64,000 nucleotides of DNA from Candidatus Kaiserbacteria bacterium (GCA_016186695.1 JACPLC010000007.1:11928-75927), one strand, 5' to 3'. Counted from the stretch's first letter, positions 49,750-59,858 are shown. Notes: generated by a model from the sequence alone, not told the origin. Made by a program: numbers and translations.

Positions 49750-49875
49750 GTATTTATTTCTTCTGCCTGCCCCGTAGCCAAACCGAGTGAAACGAGGTTT
49801 GTGGTATCGGGGTTGTCGCCATAGGTATGTATCAACAAATACAACGTACCAAGTGTATCACCTGATACGATGCCT

Positions 49876-50577
49876 CTATTTGTTTGGTGTTTGGGTTTTG
49901 CTGCCTGAAACTTTCTTCCCCTCCATAAATGCCTCCGCAATTTTATCGCACACCAGACGGACACTTTTCACCGAGGTATCGTTCGCAGGGATCGGATACT
50001 TCACGAGCGAAAAGTCGCAATCCGAACTTGAGAGTGCGATAACGGGAATGCCGAGCTGACGCGCCTCGCGTACCGCTGTTGCCTCATGGCGCGAATCGAT
50101 GGCGAGAAGCGCCGCTGGAAGTTCCGTCATGGTCTGCAGGCCGCCGAAACGCGCGAGAAGTTCATCGATTTCCCGATCGATAAGAAGGCGCTCGCGCTTC
50201 GTGTACTTTTCCAAAGCGCCGCTTTCGCGCTCATCAGTGAGCTTCTGCAGGCGATCGATGCGCTTCCGCACATTCTTGAAATTCGTCAGTGTCCCGCCGA
50301 TCCAACGGCCGGCGACATACGGCACGCCCGCGCGCAAGGCTGCTGCTTTCACGATCTCCGCAACCTCGTGCTTGCCGCCGACAAAAAGAATGTGCCGACC
50401 CGCGAGGCCTTCCACAAATGTGGACGCCGCGTCGAGACGACCGGAGGTTTCTTCGAGATCGAAGATATCGGTGCGATCTTTGGTCGCGTAGATGAACGGC
50501 GAGGCAGTCGGATGGCGACGTGCGCGTGGAAGTGCATAGTGCGCCCCCGCGTCAAAAAGTGCCTGAACATTGGTCAT
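49876..50577 (-). CDS. rpsB: 30S ribosomal protein S2
   Basis: AGAH, RWIGGTLTNF, PIPAND; rpsB-tsf synteny. Confidence 0.96.
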   Translation of the reverse strand: MTNVQALFDAGAHYALPRARRHPTASPFIYATKDRTDIFDLEETSGRLDAASTFVEGLAGRHILFVGGKHEVAEIVKAAALRAGVPYVAGRWIGGTLTNFKNVRKRIDRLQKLTDERESGALEKYTKRERLLIDREIDELLARFGGLQTMTELPAALLAIDSRHEATAVREARQLGIPVIALSSSDCDFSLVKYPIPANDTSVKSVRLVCDKIAEAFMEGKKVSGSKTQTPNK

Positions 50578-50671
50578 ATGTCGCCCTCCTTCGCCAAAGG
50601 CTTCGGATGGGCAAGCACGATACTACCAAAATCATGCATCCGTCGCAACGCCTGTCACACTTCCAAGTGTG

Positions 50672-51646
50672 TCAGGTAACGCTTCCCTCTTCGGCAGCCC
50701 GAAGTGCTTCGAGTATCTCGCCGATGCCGCCCGCCATAAGTTTTGGGAGATTTGACCACGACTCTTTGATACGGTGATCGGTAAGGCGATCCTGTGGAAA
50801 GTTGTAGGTGCGTATCTTCTCGGAGCGATCACCTGTACCCACCTGCGACTTCCGCTCGGCGGCACGTTTGCGGTCTTCTTCCTCATCTTTCTGCAACTGG
50901 AGCTTCGATGCAAGGAGTTTCATCGCTTTTTCGCGGTTTTGCACCTGCGAGCGCTCCGATGTGCATCGCACATCAATACCCGTCGGCTTGTGAATGATAC
51001 GGACTGCCGTCTCGACTTTATTCACATTCTGCCCGCCGGCTCCTCCGGAGCGCGATGTTTCGATTTCGAGGTCAGCTGGATTGATCTCGATTTTCGTTCG
51101 CTTGTAGATGGGAAGGATCGCAACTGAAGCCGTCGAGGTGTGAATGCGTCCGGATTTCTCCGTCGCGGGAATGCGCTGCACGCGGTGCACGCCGGTTTCG
51201 AACCGAAACGCTTTGTAGCACCCTTCGCCCTTGATCTCGAACTGCGCTTCCTTGTAGCCACCGAGTTCCGAGCGACTTTCGCTCAACGTGCGCCTCTGCC
51301 AGCCGCGCGACTCGGCATACTTGAGGTACATCCGCGCGAGCTCCTCGGCAAAGAGTGAGGCTTCTTCACCGCCGACACCGGCACGAATCTCGAGAACGAC
51401 CTCATTCGGCCATTCGCGCCCTTCCTCGCTGCCGACGATCGCCGAGATCTGATCGATAAGCGCCTCCTTCTGCATCTCTATCTCCGAGAGTTCCTTTTCC
51501 GCAAGCTCCTTCATCGAAGGGTCAACTTCGACCAGTTCTCCTGCGTCGCGCTCTGCCTGCGTGAGACGCTTCCACTCCGTAATCAAGTACGACACACGCG
51601 GATCGTCTGCGTAGTCGAGTGGATTTAGCTTAACCTCTTCTGACAT
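50672..51646 (-). CDS. prfA: Peptide chain release factor 1
   Basis: PAT (PxT) motif, [15 protein letters not shown]; follows rpmE. Confidence 0.95.
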   Translation of the reverse strand: MSEEVKLNPLDYADDPRVSYLITEWKRLTQAERDAGELVEVDPSMKELAEKELSEIEMQKEALIDQISAIVGSEEGREWPNEVVLEIRAGVGGEEASLFAEELARMYLKYAESRGWQRRTLSESRSELGGYKEAQFEIKGEGCYKAFRFETGVHRVQRIPATEKSGRIHTSTASVAILPIYKRTKIEINPADLEIETSRSGGAGGQNVNKVETAVRIIHKPTGIDVRCTSERSQVQNREKAMKLLASKLQLQKDEEEDRKRAAERKSQVGTGDRSEKIRTYNFPQDRLTDHRIKESWSNLPKLMAGGIGEILEALRAAEEGSVT

Positions 51647-51718
51647 AAGCAAGATACAAGATACAAGAAACAATAACCAAACGGCCTGTTCCTTTGGTCA
51701 TTGTATCTTGGTTATTGG

Positions 51719-51985
51719 TTATTTCTTTACTCTTTTGGGCTTCGCGGCAGCGGCGCGTTTTCTGAACCTCTCGACGCGTCCGGCAGTGTCTACAATGGTC
51801 GCCTTGCCGGTATAAAACGGATGCGATGCACTTGAGATCTCGACGGTATAGAGGGGGTATTGTTTACCATTCATCTTGTCGCTCTTTAGCGTCGTTACGG
51901 TCGAGGCGATCAAAAAACGCTTGCCCGACGAGGAATCTTCAAAAATCACCGGACGGTATTCCTTTGGGTGAATATCTTTTTTCAT
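51719..51985 (-). CDS. rpmE: 50S ribosomal protein L31 (Cys-free type B)
   Basis: [26 protein letters not shown]. Confidence 0.95.
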   Translation of the reverse strand: MKKDIHPKEYRPVIFEDSSSGKRFLIASTVTTLKSDKMNGKQYPLYTVEISSASHPFYTGKATIVDTAGRVERFRKRAAAAKPKRVKK

Positions 51986-52057
51986 GCTTGCCCGTCCGAA
52001 GCCTTTGGCGAAGGAGGGCGGCGACACTATATCATGTTGCCATATCTAACTCCAGCG

Positions 52058-52157
52058 AGGAGGTGTCGCGCTGTGAGGGTCTTCGCGCAGCGCGACGGCG
52101 CGAGCGGGAGCGCCGTGTGAGCACGCACGGACGCGACCCGAACAATGCGACATCTCC
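52058..52157. repeat. Approx. 100-bp element with imperfect terminal inverted repeats
   Basis: ggaggtgtcgc ... gcgacatctcc; interior resembles 61288-61396. Confidence 0.5.
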
Positions 52158-52166
52158 GAGCATCCC

Positions 52167-53735
52167 TCAAAACTCACTCCACACGGGCAATATGTTCACC
52201 GTTGTGGATTGCGTGAGGGTGTTGTCGTCTTCGTCGGTACAGGAGAGGGTGTAGGTGGTTTGTTCATTGATGGGAGAAGAGGCTTGCCCTTGGGGCTCCG
52301 GAGAGATGGTGCCGGAGAAGGAGTCGCCGTTGTCGCCTTGCACGGTGCAGCTTGTGACGTTGGAGGCAGACCAGTGGAGCTTCGTGGTTTCTCCGGTTCG
52401 GACGAGTGAGGGGATGGCTCGGATGGTGAGGTTGGGGGTGGCACCGCTCTCTCCTCCACCTGTGCCTTCGTCACCGCCTCCGAGGTCCTCGCCTGTATCT
52501 GTTGCTTCGCTTCCTTCGTCAGTGCAGGAGAAGGTGAGGGTGGACCAGCTGGAGGTGAGGCCGTTCTCGTCGATCGCCATGACCTTCACCGTCTTTGAGC
52601 CTTCGGTTGCGTATGTGCGGGAGACGGTTTGGCTTGTGCCTGAAGGGACGTAGCCGCTGGAGGGGGCGAACTGGTCCACCGTGCCGTTTGCGTCCCAGTC
52701 GATGGCGTACTTGATGGTGTCGCCATCGGGGTCTGTGGCAGTCATCGTGAGGGAGTATGGGGAGCCGACGGTGCAGGCACCACCCACCGTGTTGAGACTC
52801 GGATTTCCAGGCGGATCGCCGTCGGCGTCGGTGATGGTGATCGGATACGGGATATCAACCTGCCCCACCGAGAGCGTGTACGGTTCGATGAAATAATCAT
52901 TGAACTGATAGAGAAGCTCCGGCGTGATCGGGCCACTTATCGAATAGTATGGATCCTCATACGGCTTCTCGCCCGCGCCGAAGGGATAATTCGTCCCAAA
53001 ACAGGAAGGGCCGCCGAAACTCGACATATCCACCCTGCCGTAGAATTTACCGATGGTCGGTTCGAATGAGAACATGGGATTTACCTGCCCTGCCTGTGAA
53101 GCCGTACACGAGACATTGCCGCTTGCATCGGGAGAAACACAGGTAAGACCTGACGTTCCGGTAGGTGTCTTTTCCGGAGGATCCGCCATGAGCGCGACGT
53201 AGAGATCATACGGGTATGGGCCCCATTCTGTCGTGTTTTTCGTTCCGACAAGATCCTTTTCCTCGCAGGAAATAGGCGGCGCGCCGGCGTTCGCACTCCA
53301 ATCGCCATACGGCGTATCCCATGCGTAACCCGTTGTCGTCCAGTAGACGTCTTGCGAGTAGTGCGGCTCGAATTCAAGATGAAGCGGCGTCCCCTCAAGA
53401 ACAGAGCCGCTTGGGGGAACAATTTCCCCTGTCTGCGTGTTTACGATGCGCGCCCGGTAGGTAACTGCAACATAGGGATTTACTATTTTGACCCGCTCTC
53501 TCTGCCCGTACTGTGTTGAGCGAGTCAGGTACAGGCCAAGTTCGGTTGGGATGGTCGTGCTCCACATACCGCTATTCCCAAGCACGGGAACTGGATCGAG
53601 TGTAAGTGCGAGGGATTCACGATCCGGAAGTGCCTCGATCGTTAAAAGCACAACAGCAAAAAAAGCGAGTGCGAACAGAACCGTAACTGTTCCACGATGC
53701 AGCATACGCTTTGGATACCCCGCAACGCTCCCCAT
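52167..53735 (-). CDS. Surface protein with PKD/Ig-like domains
   Basis: N-terminal TM, DPDGD.IKYAIDWD, LHWSASNVTSC, TTYTLSC. Confidence 0.8.
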   Translation of the reverse strand: MGSVAGYPKRMLHRGTVTVLFALAFFAVVLLTIEALPDRESLALTLDPVPVLGNSGMWSTTIPTELGLYLTRSTQYGQRERVKIVNPYVAVTYRARIVNTQTGEIVPPSGSVLEGTPLHLEFEPHYSQDVYWTTTGYAWDTPYGDWSANAGAPPISCEEKDLVGTKNTTEWGPYPYDLYVALMADPPEKTPTGTSGLTCVSPDASGNVSCTASQAGQVNPMFSFEPTIGKFYGRVDMSSFGGPSCFGTNYPFGAGEKPYEDPYYSISGPITPELLYQFNDYFIEPYTLSVGQVDIPYPITITDADGDPPGNPSLNTVGGACTVGSPYSLTMTATDPDGDTIKYAIDWDANGTVDQFAPSSGYVPSGTSQTVSRTYATEGSKTVKVMAIDENGLTSSWSTLTFSCTDEGSEATDTGEDLGGGDEGTGGGESGATPNLTIRAIPSLVRTGETTKLHWSASNVTSCTVQGDNGDSFSGTISPEPQGQASSPINEQTTYTLSCTDEDDNTLTQSTTVNILPVWSEF

Positions 53736-53825
53736 TAAACAAATGGTACCTTAAAAACCCCATAATTTAGGAAAGAACCCGGACGAGTGGGGATTACCCA
53801 GTCACACAAATTATCCTGAAGGGAC

Positions 53826-55124
53826 TTAGCGACCTTCGAGAATGTCGATGTCTTTCTGGTACTGGTCGGCAAAGTCCATCACGTCGTCGCCGTAAAATGC
53901 ATAGGAGGCCTTCTTTGCGTTCGTCCAGCCAGCAAAGTAGCGCAGCGCGGCGAGGCGCTCGGCTTCGCGAGTACCTGCGTCGGCACCGTTATCGGACATA
54001 AGAATAGAGGAGGCGAAAATCGCGGTGCGCGGTGTCCACGGATTCGGCGGGCTCTCTCCGGTCGCACGAGCGATGCGATCTTTATATTGTTTCCAGGTCG
54101 AAGGAATAAACTGCGCGGGGCCCATCGCGCCCCCCCACCCATAGCTCGGCTTTTTTGAGACGGGCATCGAGTCGGGATCGAGCCCGAGCTCGGCGGTTAT
54201 CTGCGCGAAGACCGGCTGGTCGCGGGTCGGATGCATGTCTCTCTTCCAGTTTCCTGTGCCGATGTTCTCGCCGAGATTGGTCTCCTCGCGAAGAATGGCA
54301 AGAATGAGCGCGGGGCGCACGCCGGTTTTCGCAGAAGCCTCCTTTGCGTATTGGTACGCGCTTCCGAACGAGATCGCATTGGTGTCGCGGAGTTCGAAAA
54401 GTGCAGACCGGATGACCGCTGCCTGATGCTCCCGATCGGCTATCAATTCCTGATAGACCTTCTCCTGCCCCTTCGTCACCGCGAGGATCTGTTGCTTTTC
54501 TTTCTCACGTTTCTCGATCGCCTGCTTTTCGAGAACCTGAATGCGCCGGAGCTGTTCCTCTTCGCCCTGCTTCTCTTCGAGAGCCTCCTTGCGAGCCGAG
54601 AGATCAGAGCGCAGAGTCGCCATCTCATCAAACGAGCGGTTCAGATCTCTCTGGAGCGTCTCGAAGTTGTCGATGTCCTGAAAGAGCTCCGAGAGTGTGC
54701 CGGCGAGCATCAATTCCGTGAGCGAGGTGTCATCTATTTCGCGCGTGCGACGGATGAGCTGTGCGAGTGACTGTTCGCTGCGCGAGACCTTTTTATCCAC
54801 TTCGCCTATTGCCGTTTTCTTTACCGTGATGTCGTCACCCAATTTCGAGATGGTGAGATCGCGGTGCTTGATCTGTTGCTTGGCCACGGAGATCTGACTG
54901 TCGAGGATCGCTATATCGCGCTCGAGCGACGTGCGCTCTTTCTGCTTTTCAGAAAGCACGCCACGCTTTTCTGTGATGTCCCGCTCGATCTCGAAGAGCT
55001 GTTGCTCCAAGCGCGCACGCCGCTCCTGGAGCGTCTCCGCTCGTAAGGGAACAGCAAAAAAACTTACAGAGCCGGCAACGGCAAGTAACAGAAAGAGTGC
55101 TCCGAGAGCAATTCGGATACGCAT
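53826..55124 (-). CDS. Coiled-coil lytic murein transglycosylase
   Basis: Signal peptide, long coiled coil, LAIL.EET, GAMGPAQFIPSTW. Confidence 0.88.
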   Translation of the reverse strand: MRIRIALGALFLLLAVAGSVSFFAVPLRAETLQERRARLEQQLFEIERDITEKRGVLSEKQKERTSLERDIAILDSQISVAKQQIKHRDLTISKLGDDITVKKTAIGEVDKKVSRSEQSLAQLIRRTREIDDTSLTELMLAGTLSELFQDIDNFETLQRDLNRSFDEMATLRSDLSARKEALEEKQGEEEQLRRIQVLEKQAIEKREKEKQQILAVTKGQEKVYQELIADREHQAAVIRSALFELRDTNAISFGSAYQYAKEASAKTGVRPALILAILREETNLGENIGTGNWKRDMHPTRDQPVFAQITAELGLDPDSMPVSKKPSYGWGGAMGPAQFIPSTWKQYKDRIARATGESPPNPWTPRTAIFASSILMSDNGADAGTREAERLAALRYFAGWTNAKKASYAFYGDDVMDFADQYQKDIDILEGR

Positions 55125-55205
55125 CGCAAAAGTATACCCCGTGAGATAACCAGCTCCGTATTTATTTGGATTCGTAGCGTGAATATCTCACGGGGTATAG
55201 CAGAG

Positions 55206-55886
55206 CTATTTGGTTTCCTTTTTTTGCTCCTCTTTCTTTACTTCGGGTTTCTTCGCTTCCTCAACATCTTCGACCGCACCCTCGGCAACTTTCTCTTCAC
55301 CAATGATCACGGTTTCAGGTGTAGGCGCGACTTCGACAGGCTCCTCCTTGAACTCCTTCACGGAAGCAACGATCTCATCCGCAGATACAACGAGTGCAGC
55401 GCTCGGCGGCAAATCGATATCCCGCACAACGATATGGTCTCCTACATTCTCAAGTTTTGAAAGATCGACGGAGAGAGAGTGCGGAAGCTCTTGCGGCGTG
55501 ACCTCAATTTCGACTTCGTGCAGTGCCTTTACGATGATGTGGCCGAGTTTTTCCGCCGGCGCTGTCCCCGTAAATTCGAGCGGAACTTTGATCTTCACTT
55601 TCTTCCCCTTTTCAAGTACATAAAAATCAACGTGCAGAAGTTTGCCTGTCACAGGATGGAACTGTGCATCGTGAATGAGCGTATCTTTGTCTTCGCCCAC
55701 GCCCTTCAGCGTAACGATCATTGTCTCGCCCGCTTCTTTCCAAACATGCTCAAGTTTCCTCGCATCGATCGCGATCGGGGTCGTCTGCTCTTTCGGTCCG
55801 TAGAACACGGCAGGTACAGCACCGGCGTTCCGCACCGTGTCTGCGGACTCTTTTGCGTCGCGTGGCTTCACTTCAAGCGCTAACAT
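55206..55886 (-). CDS. rplY: 50S ribosomal protein L25
   Basis: VPAVFYG, QFHPV..LHVDFY, VPLEF.G. Confidence 0.95.
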   Translation of the reverse strand: MLALEVKPRDAKESADTVRNAGAVPAVFYGPKEQTTPIAIDARKLEHVWKEAGETMIVTLKGVGEDKDTLIHDAQFHPVTGKLLHVDFYVLEKGKKVKIKVPLEFTGTAPAEKLGHIIVKALHEVEIEVTPQELPHSLSVDLSKLENVGDHIVVRDIDLPPSAALVVSADEIVASVKEFKEEPVEVAPTPETVIIGEEKVAEGAVEDVEEAKKPEVKKEEQKKETK

Positions 55887-55958
55887 GACTAGGCAGTATA
55901 CGCATTTTACCCTGCCTCGCAACAAAAAGCGGCCCCTAACAAATCGTCGAGGCCGCTT

Positions 55959-56282
55959 CTAAAACCATCCCCGTGACGCCGCCATAAGCGCCGCTGAATA
56001 GAAGGCGGCAAGAAGTCCGTTGAACCAGATACAGTCAACGGAAAAGAAACCGTCTTCTTTTCGCCCGTCGAATCTGGTCGCGATTGCCGCGAGAATTGCC
56101 GTACCGCTATGCAATAGCCAGCCGACAGCGAAGCCAAAGTAGGGCCCGTTGGGGTACTCGGGACGTGTGTCGGTCCAATACCATAGTGTAGCTCCTGCGA
56201 GAACCGAAACACTGATCCTGAACCAATCCGCGTGTTCACGGGACCTGAAGCGAATCCCGCGCCTTTTGCTATATGGGCTCAT
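55959..56282 (-). CDS. Small membrane protein
   Basis: AGGAGG RBS, three hydrophobic segments. Confidence 0.6.
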   Translation of the reverse strand: MSPYSKRRGIRFRSREHADWFRISVSVLAGATLWYWTDTRPEYPNGPYFGFAVGWLLHSGTAILAAIATRFDGRKEDGFFSVDCIWFNGLLAAFYSAALMAASRGWF

Positions 56283-56332
56283 CGGGATTTCCTCCTGCAA
56301 ACTTCAGTTGTTATAGCTGGTATACTTCCGGC

Positions 56333-57322
56333 ATGCAACAGGATGTACTTGCGATCGGCGACACTACGATCGACGCCTTTATCCGCATCAAGGACGCGAG
56401 TGTGCACTGCGATATCAATCACGAGAATTGCATGTTGAGCATGCGTTTTGCCGACAAAATTCCGTACGAATTCGTAGAGGAAGTGCCAGCTGTCGGCAAT
56501 GCTGCAAACGCGGCTGTCGCATGCGCGCGGGTAGGACTAAAAGCTTCCGTTCGCGTACATGTCGGGAAAGATGAGAATGGCACAAAGTGCATTGACGCTT
56601 TCAAAAGTGAGAGAGTGGATACCTCGCTCATTGTGAGCGAACAAAACAACAAGACCAACTACCACTACGTACTCTGGTATGAGGATGAGCGTACGATTCT
56701 CATCAAGCATGAACATTACAACTATTCATTTCCCAGACTTGAGGAGGCTCCGAAGTGGATCTATCTCTCCTCTGTCGCCGAAGGAACACTCCCGTATCAT
56801 CAGGAGATCGCCGCATACCTTAATGCGAATCCGAGTGTTATGCTCGCCTTCCAACCGGGGACATTCCAGATGAAGCTCGGCGTGGAGGCCCTCAAGGCCC
56901 TCTATACACGCACTGAAATTCTTTTCTGCAACAAAGAAGAATCGCAGCGTATTTTGCAAACCAAAGAGGAAGATATAAAAACGCTCATGCAAAGCATCCG
57001 CGCCCTCGGTCCGAAGATCTCGGTGATCACCGACGGACGAAAAGGCGCCTACCTACAAAGCGCCGAAGGCTCATGGTACGCGCCGATGTATCCGGATCCG
57101 GCGCCTCCCAAAGAGCGCACCGGCGCGGGCGATGCGACATCATCGACGACGGTCGCCTATGTCATCAAAGGTCTTCCGCCGCAGGAAGCGCTCCTTCGAG
57201 GCCTCATCAATTCTGCCAACGTCGTGCAGGAGATCGGCGCACAGAAAGGCCTCCTCACCGCCGCGCAAATAGATGAGTGGTACGCAAAGCGCCCTGCCGA
57301 TTTCAAAGCAACTCCGATTTGA
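56333..57322 (+). CDS. PfkB-family carbohydrate kinase
   Basis: GNAANAA, NKEE, ITDG.KG, ERTGAGDA; ATG 56333. Confidence 0.93.
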   Translation: MQQDVLAIGDTTIDAFIRIKDASVHCDINHENCMLSMRFADKIPYEFVEEVPAVGNAANAAVACARVGLKASVRVHVGKDENGTKCIDAFKSERVDTSLIVSEQNNKTNYHYVLWYEDERTILIKHEHYNYSFPRLEEAPKWIYLSSVAEGTLPYHQEIAAYLNANPSVMLAFQPGTFQMKLGVEALKALYTRTEILFCNKEESQRILQTKEEDIKTLMQSIRALGPKISVITDGRKGAYLQSAEGSWYAPMYPDPAPPKERTGAGDATSSTTVAYVIKGLPPQEALLRGLINSANVVQEIGAQKGLLTAAQIDEWYAKRPADFKATPI

Positions 57323-57349
57323 CGCCTTGGATCTTGTCATGCCATTTGT

Positions 57350-57372
57350 GCCATGGCACTGATAATATGTCA
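57350..57372. repeat. Downstream copy of repeat flanking PaaX-like gene 2
   Basis: gccatggcactgataatatgtca, 18/23 identical to 57965-57987; contains the stop codon. Confidence 0.75.
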
Positions 57373-57969
57373 GAGTTTGAAATGCTTTCGGAGCTCCCTA
57401 TCGTACTCTATTGACTCCGCCACAACGAGTTGAAGCTCATCTGGAGATAGGTTAAAAAATTCTCTCAAAATAGCGATCTGCTCGGTGCAGTCAAACGGAT
57501 GAATCCATACACTCTTTTGGAGCATTGCCGCTCCTATCTTCTTGATAAACGTTCGGAACGCATTCCGTTTGTGTTTCTCGCCAGCGGCTATGTCAAAGAG
57601 AATCAGTCGCCATTTGTGATCCCACGCCTTTGGCCTCTCCACCGGCACAGCGAGTAAACGGCGCGCACGCGCGTCTAACGCCTTCTTGCGTCCGAGAGAA
57701 GTGAGGTCAACGCGCATACGATTTTTTGCAATTGGACGCACCGTGATGTACTTCCTTCCCTTCACATATGAGCTGTATTGACTAAGTTTTCTCTTACGAG
57801 CTTTGTCTTCTGCCTTGAGCACAAATCCGAGTCCCGCAAGAGCCGCAAGAAGCACTGGGGAAGTCGAGAGAGCGACTGTTATACCGCCCGCTACAAGTAG
57901 GGCCTCAAGAATCCCCCGTGGCGTATCATCGAAGAGACTTCCATGGTTATGTCTGATTTCAGAGGCCAT
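57370..57969 (-). CDS. PaaX-like regulator (wHTH + Cas2/VapD-like domain), copy 2
   Basis: LTSLG, WDHKWRLILFDI, KRNAFR, LQKSVWIHPFDC. Confidence 0.85.
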   Translation of the reverse strand: MASEIRHNHGSLFDDTPRGILEALLVAGGITVALSTSPVLLAALAGLGFVLKAEDKARKRKLSQYSSYVKGRKYITVRPIAKNRMRVDLTSLGRKKALDARARRLLAVPVERPKAWDHKWRLILFDIAAGEKHKRNAFRTFIKKIGAAMLQKSVWIHPFDCTEQIAILREFFNLSPDELQLVVAESIEYDRELRKHFKL

Positions 57970-57987
57970 GGCATTAATGATACGACA
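57965..57987. promoter_or_regulatory. Upstream copy of repeat flanking PaaX-like gene 2
   Basis: gccatggcattaatgatacgaca; covers the TATCAT -10 box and the ATG. Confidence 0.7.
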
Positions 57988-58111
57988 TAAGAGTGATTCC
58001 CAAATTTACACGCGGGGATAACCGCCGAAATGCACGATCACCTAAAAGAAAACCGCCCGGCGCGAAGCACGGGCGATTCAAGTCGAAAGATCGAACGGGT
58101 CCGAAGGATTT

Positions 58112-58702
58112 CTATTTGCACACGGCCGTCGAGCCGCGTGGCCCATAGAATTTGGCTCCTTGGCCATCCTCATAGACGCGTGTCATCTCGGCCTCCATTT
58201 TTTTCTCATCCTGATACGTCCCCCACTTCGGAGGACGAATGTATCTCTGGATGACGGCGAGACACGGGTACTTGTTGTAATCCTGCCGACGCTCCTTGAG
58301 GATGCGCGCGACCTCGAGTTTGGCGCGTGCCGCGTTGCCGGGGTCACCGTACATCGGCAACCCTTCAAGCCATGCGGCAGCTTCGGGGTAGCGGGGCGCT
58401 TTTTTGCCTTCTTCCGATGGCGCCGCGAGTGTGGTTTTTTGCTTGAAGATCTCGCATACGGTGAGCCCGGTCTGCTCCGACAGGTTCAGGACCGCGTGGG
58501 CCATGAACGTGTGTTGGAGAGCGGTCTTCCCGTCGTCATAGGCGAGAACCTCAAGACAATAGCGCTCGCTCTCGGCGAGCGCGATTTCCGGTGACTGTTC
58601 CGCAACCTTCGGCTTCGGCAGAAGGTAACGATACTCCCACCACAGCAAGAGAAGCAGGACGATTGCGACAGACGCGAGAACGGTAGAGATGATGCGCGAC
58701 AT
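58112..58702 (-). CDS. Membrane-anchored protein, degenerate SleB/hydrolase_2-like
   Basis: GGAGG RBS, TM, YCL..LAYD, AHAVLN, TVCEI. Confidence 0.55.
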   Translation of the reverse strand: MSRIISTVLASVAIVLLLLLWWEYRYLLPKPKVAEQSPEIALAESERYCLEVLAYDDGKTALQHTFMAHAVLNLSEQTGLTVCEIFKQKTTLAAPSEEGKKAPRYPEAAAWLEGLPMYGDPGNAARAKLEVARILKERRQDYNKYPCLAVIQRYIRPPKWGTYQDEKKMEAEMTRVYEDGQGAKFYGPRGSTAVCK

Positions 58703-58847
58703 GGGAACCTCCTTTCGCGCGTGAATTGTGAACTTTTACTCGGCTAGCATTATACAATAGGAATGCCTGTTGTCTAGCTCGCTATTTTGCTTTATTTGAG
58801 CGCTCTTTTGCCTTCTTCACCCTTCGACTCACTGCGCTCGCTCAGGG

Positions 58848-59858
58848 TCACGCACGGCGTGCCGCCGCAGCTTTGACAGCCGTGACGACATCTTTCGCCC
58901 CCATGCCGTAGTGCTCTATAAGCTCTTGCGCTGTCCCCGATTGACCGAATTTGTCGTGCATACCGACAAATTCCATAGGCGTTGGTGCTTCGCGTGCGAG
59001 CAATTCTGCTATCGCGCCTCCCAATCCCCCGTGGATTTGATGCTCCTCAACGGTGACGACCGCGCCTGTCTCGCGTGCGAGCGAGACGATTTTCTCTTCA
59101 TCGAGCGGTTTTATAGTGTGGACATTTGCGACGACGACCGGAATATTTTCTTTCTCGAGCTCGCGCGCGGCAAGAAGCGCGTTGTATACGAGCGAACCGG
59201 TCGCAAATATCGCTACTCTGTTCTCTGTTCTCTGTTCTCTGTTCTCTGGTGTTCGCCAGAACACCTGTGCCTTCCCTATTTCAAATGGCGTTTCCGGTGT
59301 CGTCATGATAGGAGCTTTTTCTCTCCCCCAGCGCATGTACACGGGCGTGCCGAGCTTTGCAGCAGCGATCGTCGCTTTTCTTCACTCTTCGGCATCACAT
59401 GCCGATATCACCGTGAAGCGCGGAAGTGCGCGCATCATCGCAATGTCTTCGAGGGCCTGATGCGTCGCGCCATCGGGTCCTACCGAAACACCCGCGTGCA
59501 TACCGCACACGATGACAGGCACATTGTTCAGTGCAATCGTCGTTCGTATTTGCTCCCAATTCCTACCCGGATTGAATGCAGCATACGAGGTGGCGAAAGG
59601 GATCTTGCCGTAGTTGGCCATTCCTGCGGCAACCGTCACCATGTTTTGCTCGGCGACACCCACCTGCACGAAGCGCTCGGGAAATGCTTTTTGGAAATGA
59701 TGCGCTTGAGTTGACTCTGCAAGGTCGGCCGTCAGTACAACGACACGCGGATCTGCCTTTCCTGCTTCCACGACACCCTTGCCAAAACCCTCACGCGTTG
59801 AAGCGACATTCGGTTTGTCGAAGATATTTGATGCCAAGTGAGCTTCCAGATTAAGCAT
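58848..59858 (-). pseudogene. Transketolase C-terminal subunit interrupted by an in-frame TGA (59382-59384)
   Basis: GVAEQNM and GPDGATHQ before the stop; TIKPLD and EEH..GGLG after it in the same frame. Confidence 0.85.

Noticed and set aside
59382-59384. Genome-wide UGA=Gly recoding (code 25) or selenocysteine
   Set aside because: TGA ends many intact genes here (valS, dsbA, khpA, pheS, aroB); the site is not a catalytic Cys position and no SECIS was recognised
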